Source of the DNA: Octopus sinensis
Taxonomy: Eukaryota
Reading direction: 5' to 3'
Length of the DNA: 21,449 nucleotides
Assembly (NCBI RefSeq): GCF_006345805.1
Contig: NW_021823642.1
Span: 1-21,449, forward strand
Positions 19,305-21,449 of the stretch are shown one piece after another. The translations under genes and the position numbers were made by a program. The notes beneath the pieces were generated by a model. The model saw only the letters and a program-made list of their open reading frames with translations. It had not been told where the DNA came from and did not search any database. Numbering within the stretch: position 1 is the first letter of the stretch; every line of letters begins with the position of its first letter.

Positions 19305-19738
19305 ATACTAACGTATAAATGATTAAATTTTATTTGATATGATTCGGCGGCCACAAATACATGAATGTTCACCTGTATCTATTAGAAAGCCGATAGAAAT
19401 TATACAGTTACAACGGTTTATTTAACATTCTTCATTTTGCATCTATTTTCAACTTTCTAAAAATTTGTTTACATTTTTTATTACATAATTATTTTCCCTT
19501 ACAGATATATCATTATTTTATAATTTGTAATTTAAATTTATTTTATCTTATCTTTGTTTTTACCTGTTTTTTTTTATGTACGTGAATTATACTATCTGCA
19601 AATACGTACATACAGTATACAAGATATAACTTTTTAAACTTCCTTAATTTTTGATTTAAATCCTTTTAAGAAAGATGTAACCTTCATTTTATAAAAACTG
19701 CCCCATACAGTTTAAAATGATAATCAATTTTTAACATT

Positions 19739-19820
19739 GGGTTTGACCCAAATGCTTCCAATTATGAATTACAAAGGGGCGAGAATCGAAACATATGTAA
19801 GCTTTTTGAGTTTCTTTTGT
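19739..19820 (+). repeat. Exact 82-bp direct repeat of 21368-21449 (the second copy runs off the window end)
   Basis: gggtttgacccaaatg...gagtttcttttgt is identical at both places; spacing 1629 bp. Confidence 0.95.
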
Positions 19821-20039
19821 ACTTTTAAAATTTATTTGTATTTGAATTTTAACTTCAAACTATGATACAAATAAATTAACTATACATCCTCAACTTTCCA
19901 TTTTATTAACGTTATTATCAATAATACAATAATCCTTACCATATTGTGGAGATATTATTCTAATGTGATGGAGGTTAAATCAGTGAAATTTTGGATTTTT
20001 GATTTCCCTAATGAGGACACGACATCCTTGAAATGACTA

Positions 20040-20050
20040 CGTATACTTTC

Positions 20051-20112
<62 letters not shown>

Positions 20113-20145
20113 ATATATATATATTATATATATATATATATATAG

Positions 20146-20177
<32 letters not shown>

Positions 20178-20260
20178 TGTATGTATGTAGTTATGAATGT
20201 ATGTATGTATATATGTATAATATTATAATATAATATATATATATATATATATATATAGAT
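20040..20260. repeat. (TA)n/(TGTA)n microsatellite
   Basis: Direct reading. Confidence 0.95.
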
Positions 20261-20554
20261 ATATATATAATAACAAAGGGTAAAATTAATTACTTAAGAA
20301 GTAATATTATATACATACATACATACATACATACATACATACATACACACACGTACACGCACATATATCTGTAAATGCCAATAATAATATTTTATAAGCT
20401 TAAATCACCGTGCAATGGTTAAAGAAAATAGTCTAATAATGGGACCTATAATCCCAGGAAAGTTCTATAACATTTGTTTTGTGTATGATAGCCGTAATTT
20501 CTCCATTCATAGCAATGAAAAGCCTCTCCACGGCATGACAGCTTGGCCAAATAT

Positions 20555-20890
20555 CTTTAAGTGGATTTGGTAGTGGAAACTGCAAGAAGCTGTCATGCAC
20601 ATACACACACAGATATGTGTGCGCGTGTATGTGTGTGTGTGTATGTGTGTAGGACTTTGTGTCTGTGTTCGTCACTACCACCGCTTGACAAATAGCATTG
20701 GTGTGTTTACGCCCCACCACCTCGTAAATTAGCGGTTCGGCAAAAGCAATGGTAGAATCAGTACCAGGCTGGAAAAATGAAAAAAAAAAAGAAAAAAACA
20801 GAAATACTGGTGTCGTTCAATTCAACTGAATATTCTTGAAGGTGATGCCCCACTAATGCTACAGTGTAATGACTAAAACAAAATTAATAT
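20555..20890 (+). mobile_element. Older CORE-type SINE, 3' two-thirds
   Basis: gtggatttggtagtggaaactgcaagaagc...ttagcggttcggcaaaag...gactaaaaca matches the next copy with divergence. Confidence 0.75.
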
Positions 20891-20974
20891 AAACAGTTAG
20901 ACGCAATATAACGCCATAAAGGAAAAATCTTATCGTCACTAATTATGACGTCTTTCTTGTATGATTTCGTACAT

Positions 20975-21366
20975 AAGCGCATGAGTGGCTGAGTGGTAAG
21001 AAGCTTGCTTACCAACCACATGGTTCCGGGTTCATTCCCACTGCGTGGCACCTTGGGCAAGTGTCTTCTACTATAGCCTCGGGCCGACCAAAGCCTTGTG
21101 AGTGGATTTGGTAGACGGAAACTGAAAGAAGTCCGTCGTATATACGTATATATGTATGTATGTGTGTATGTTTGTGTGTCTGTGTTTGTCCTCCTAGCAT
21201 TGTTTGACAACCGATGCTGGTGTGTTTATGTCCCCGTTACTTAGCGTTTCGGCAAAAGAGACCGATAGAATAAGTACTGGGCTTACAAAAGAATAAGTCC
21301 CGGGGTCCAGTTGCTCGATTAAAGGCGGTGCTCCAGCATGGCCGCAGACAAATTGACTGAAACAAG
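20975..21366 (+). mobile_element. Near full-length CORE-type tRNA SINE, truncated at the extreme 3' tail
   Basis: A box gagtggctgagtggtaag, B box ggttccgggttcattccc, CORE-like gcgtggcaccttgggcaagtgtcttc, internal (TATG)/(TG) tract; ends at ctgaaacaag. Confidence 0.9.
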
Positions 21367-21449
21367 GGGGTTTGACCCAAATGCTTCCAATTATGAATTA
21401 CAAAGGGGCGAGAATCGAAACATATGTAAGCTTTTTGAGTTTCTTTTGT

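Overview
AT-rich eukaryotic non-coding DNA packed with repeats. The SINE families present (tRNA-headed CORE-type, a second tRNA-headed family, and a V-domain type) resemble those known from Octopus, so a cephalopod origin is inferred but not proven. No complete protein-coding gene is supported, and most listed ORFs are microsatellite artefacts. Recognisable relics are a decayed R4/Dong-type LINE 3' end split by a Tigger/pogo MITE (2085-3065), a Penelope-like GIY-YIG endonuclease relic (17715-18045), weak piggyBac-like Cys-rich relics, hAT and Tigger MITEs, and a 989-bp TIR element with an 8-bp TSD. There are also many SINEs, including a head-to-tail array, three near-perfect hairpins and several minimal hammerhead-ribozyme-like motifs. 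A possible promoter/first-exon region lies around 14800-15300 (minus), with an isolated exon-like segment at 16717-16831 (plus). The window ends in an exact 82-bp copy of 19739-19820, either a duplication or an assembly artefact. All calls come from reading the sequence by eye; no searches or folding were run.
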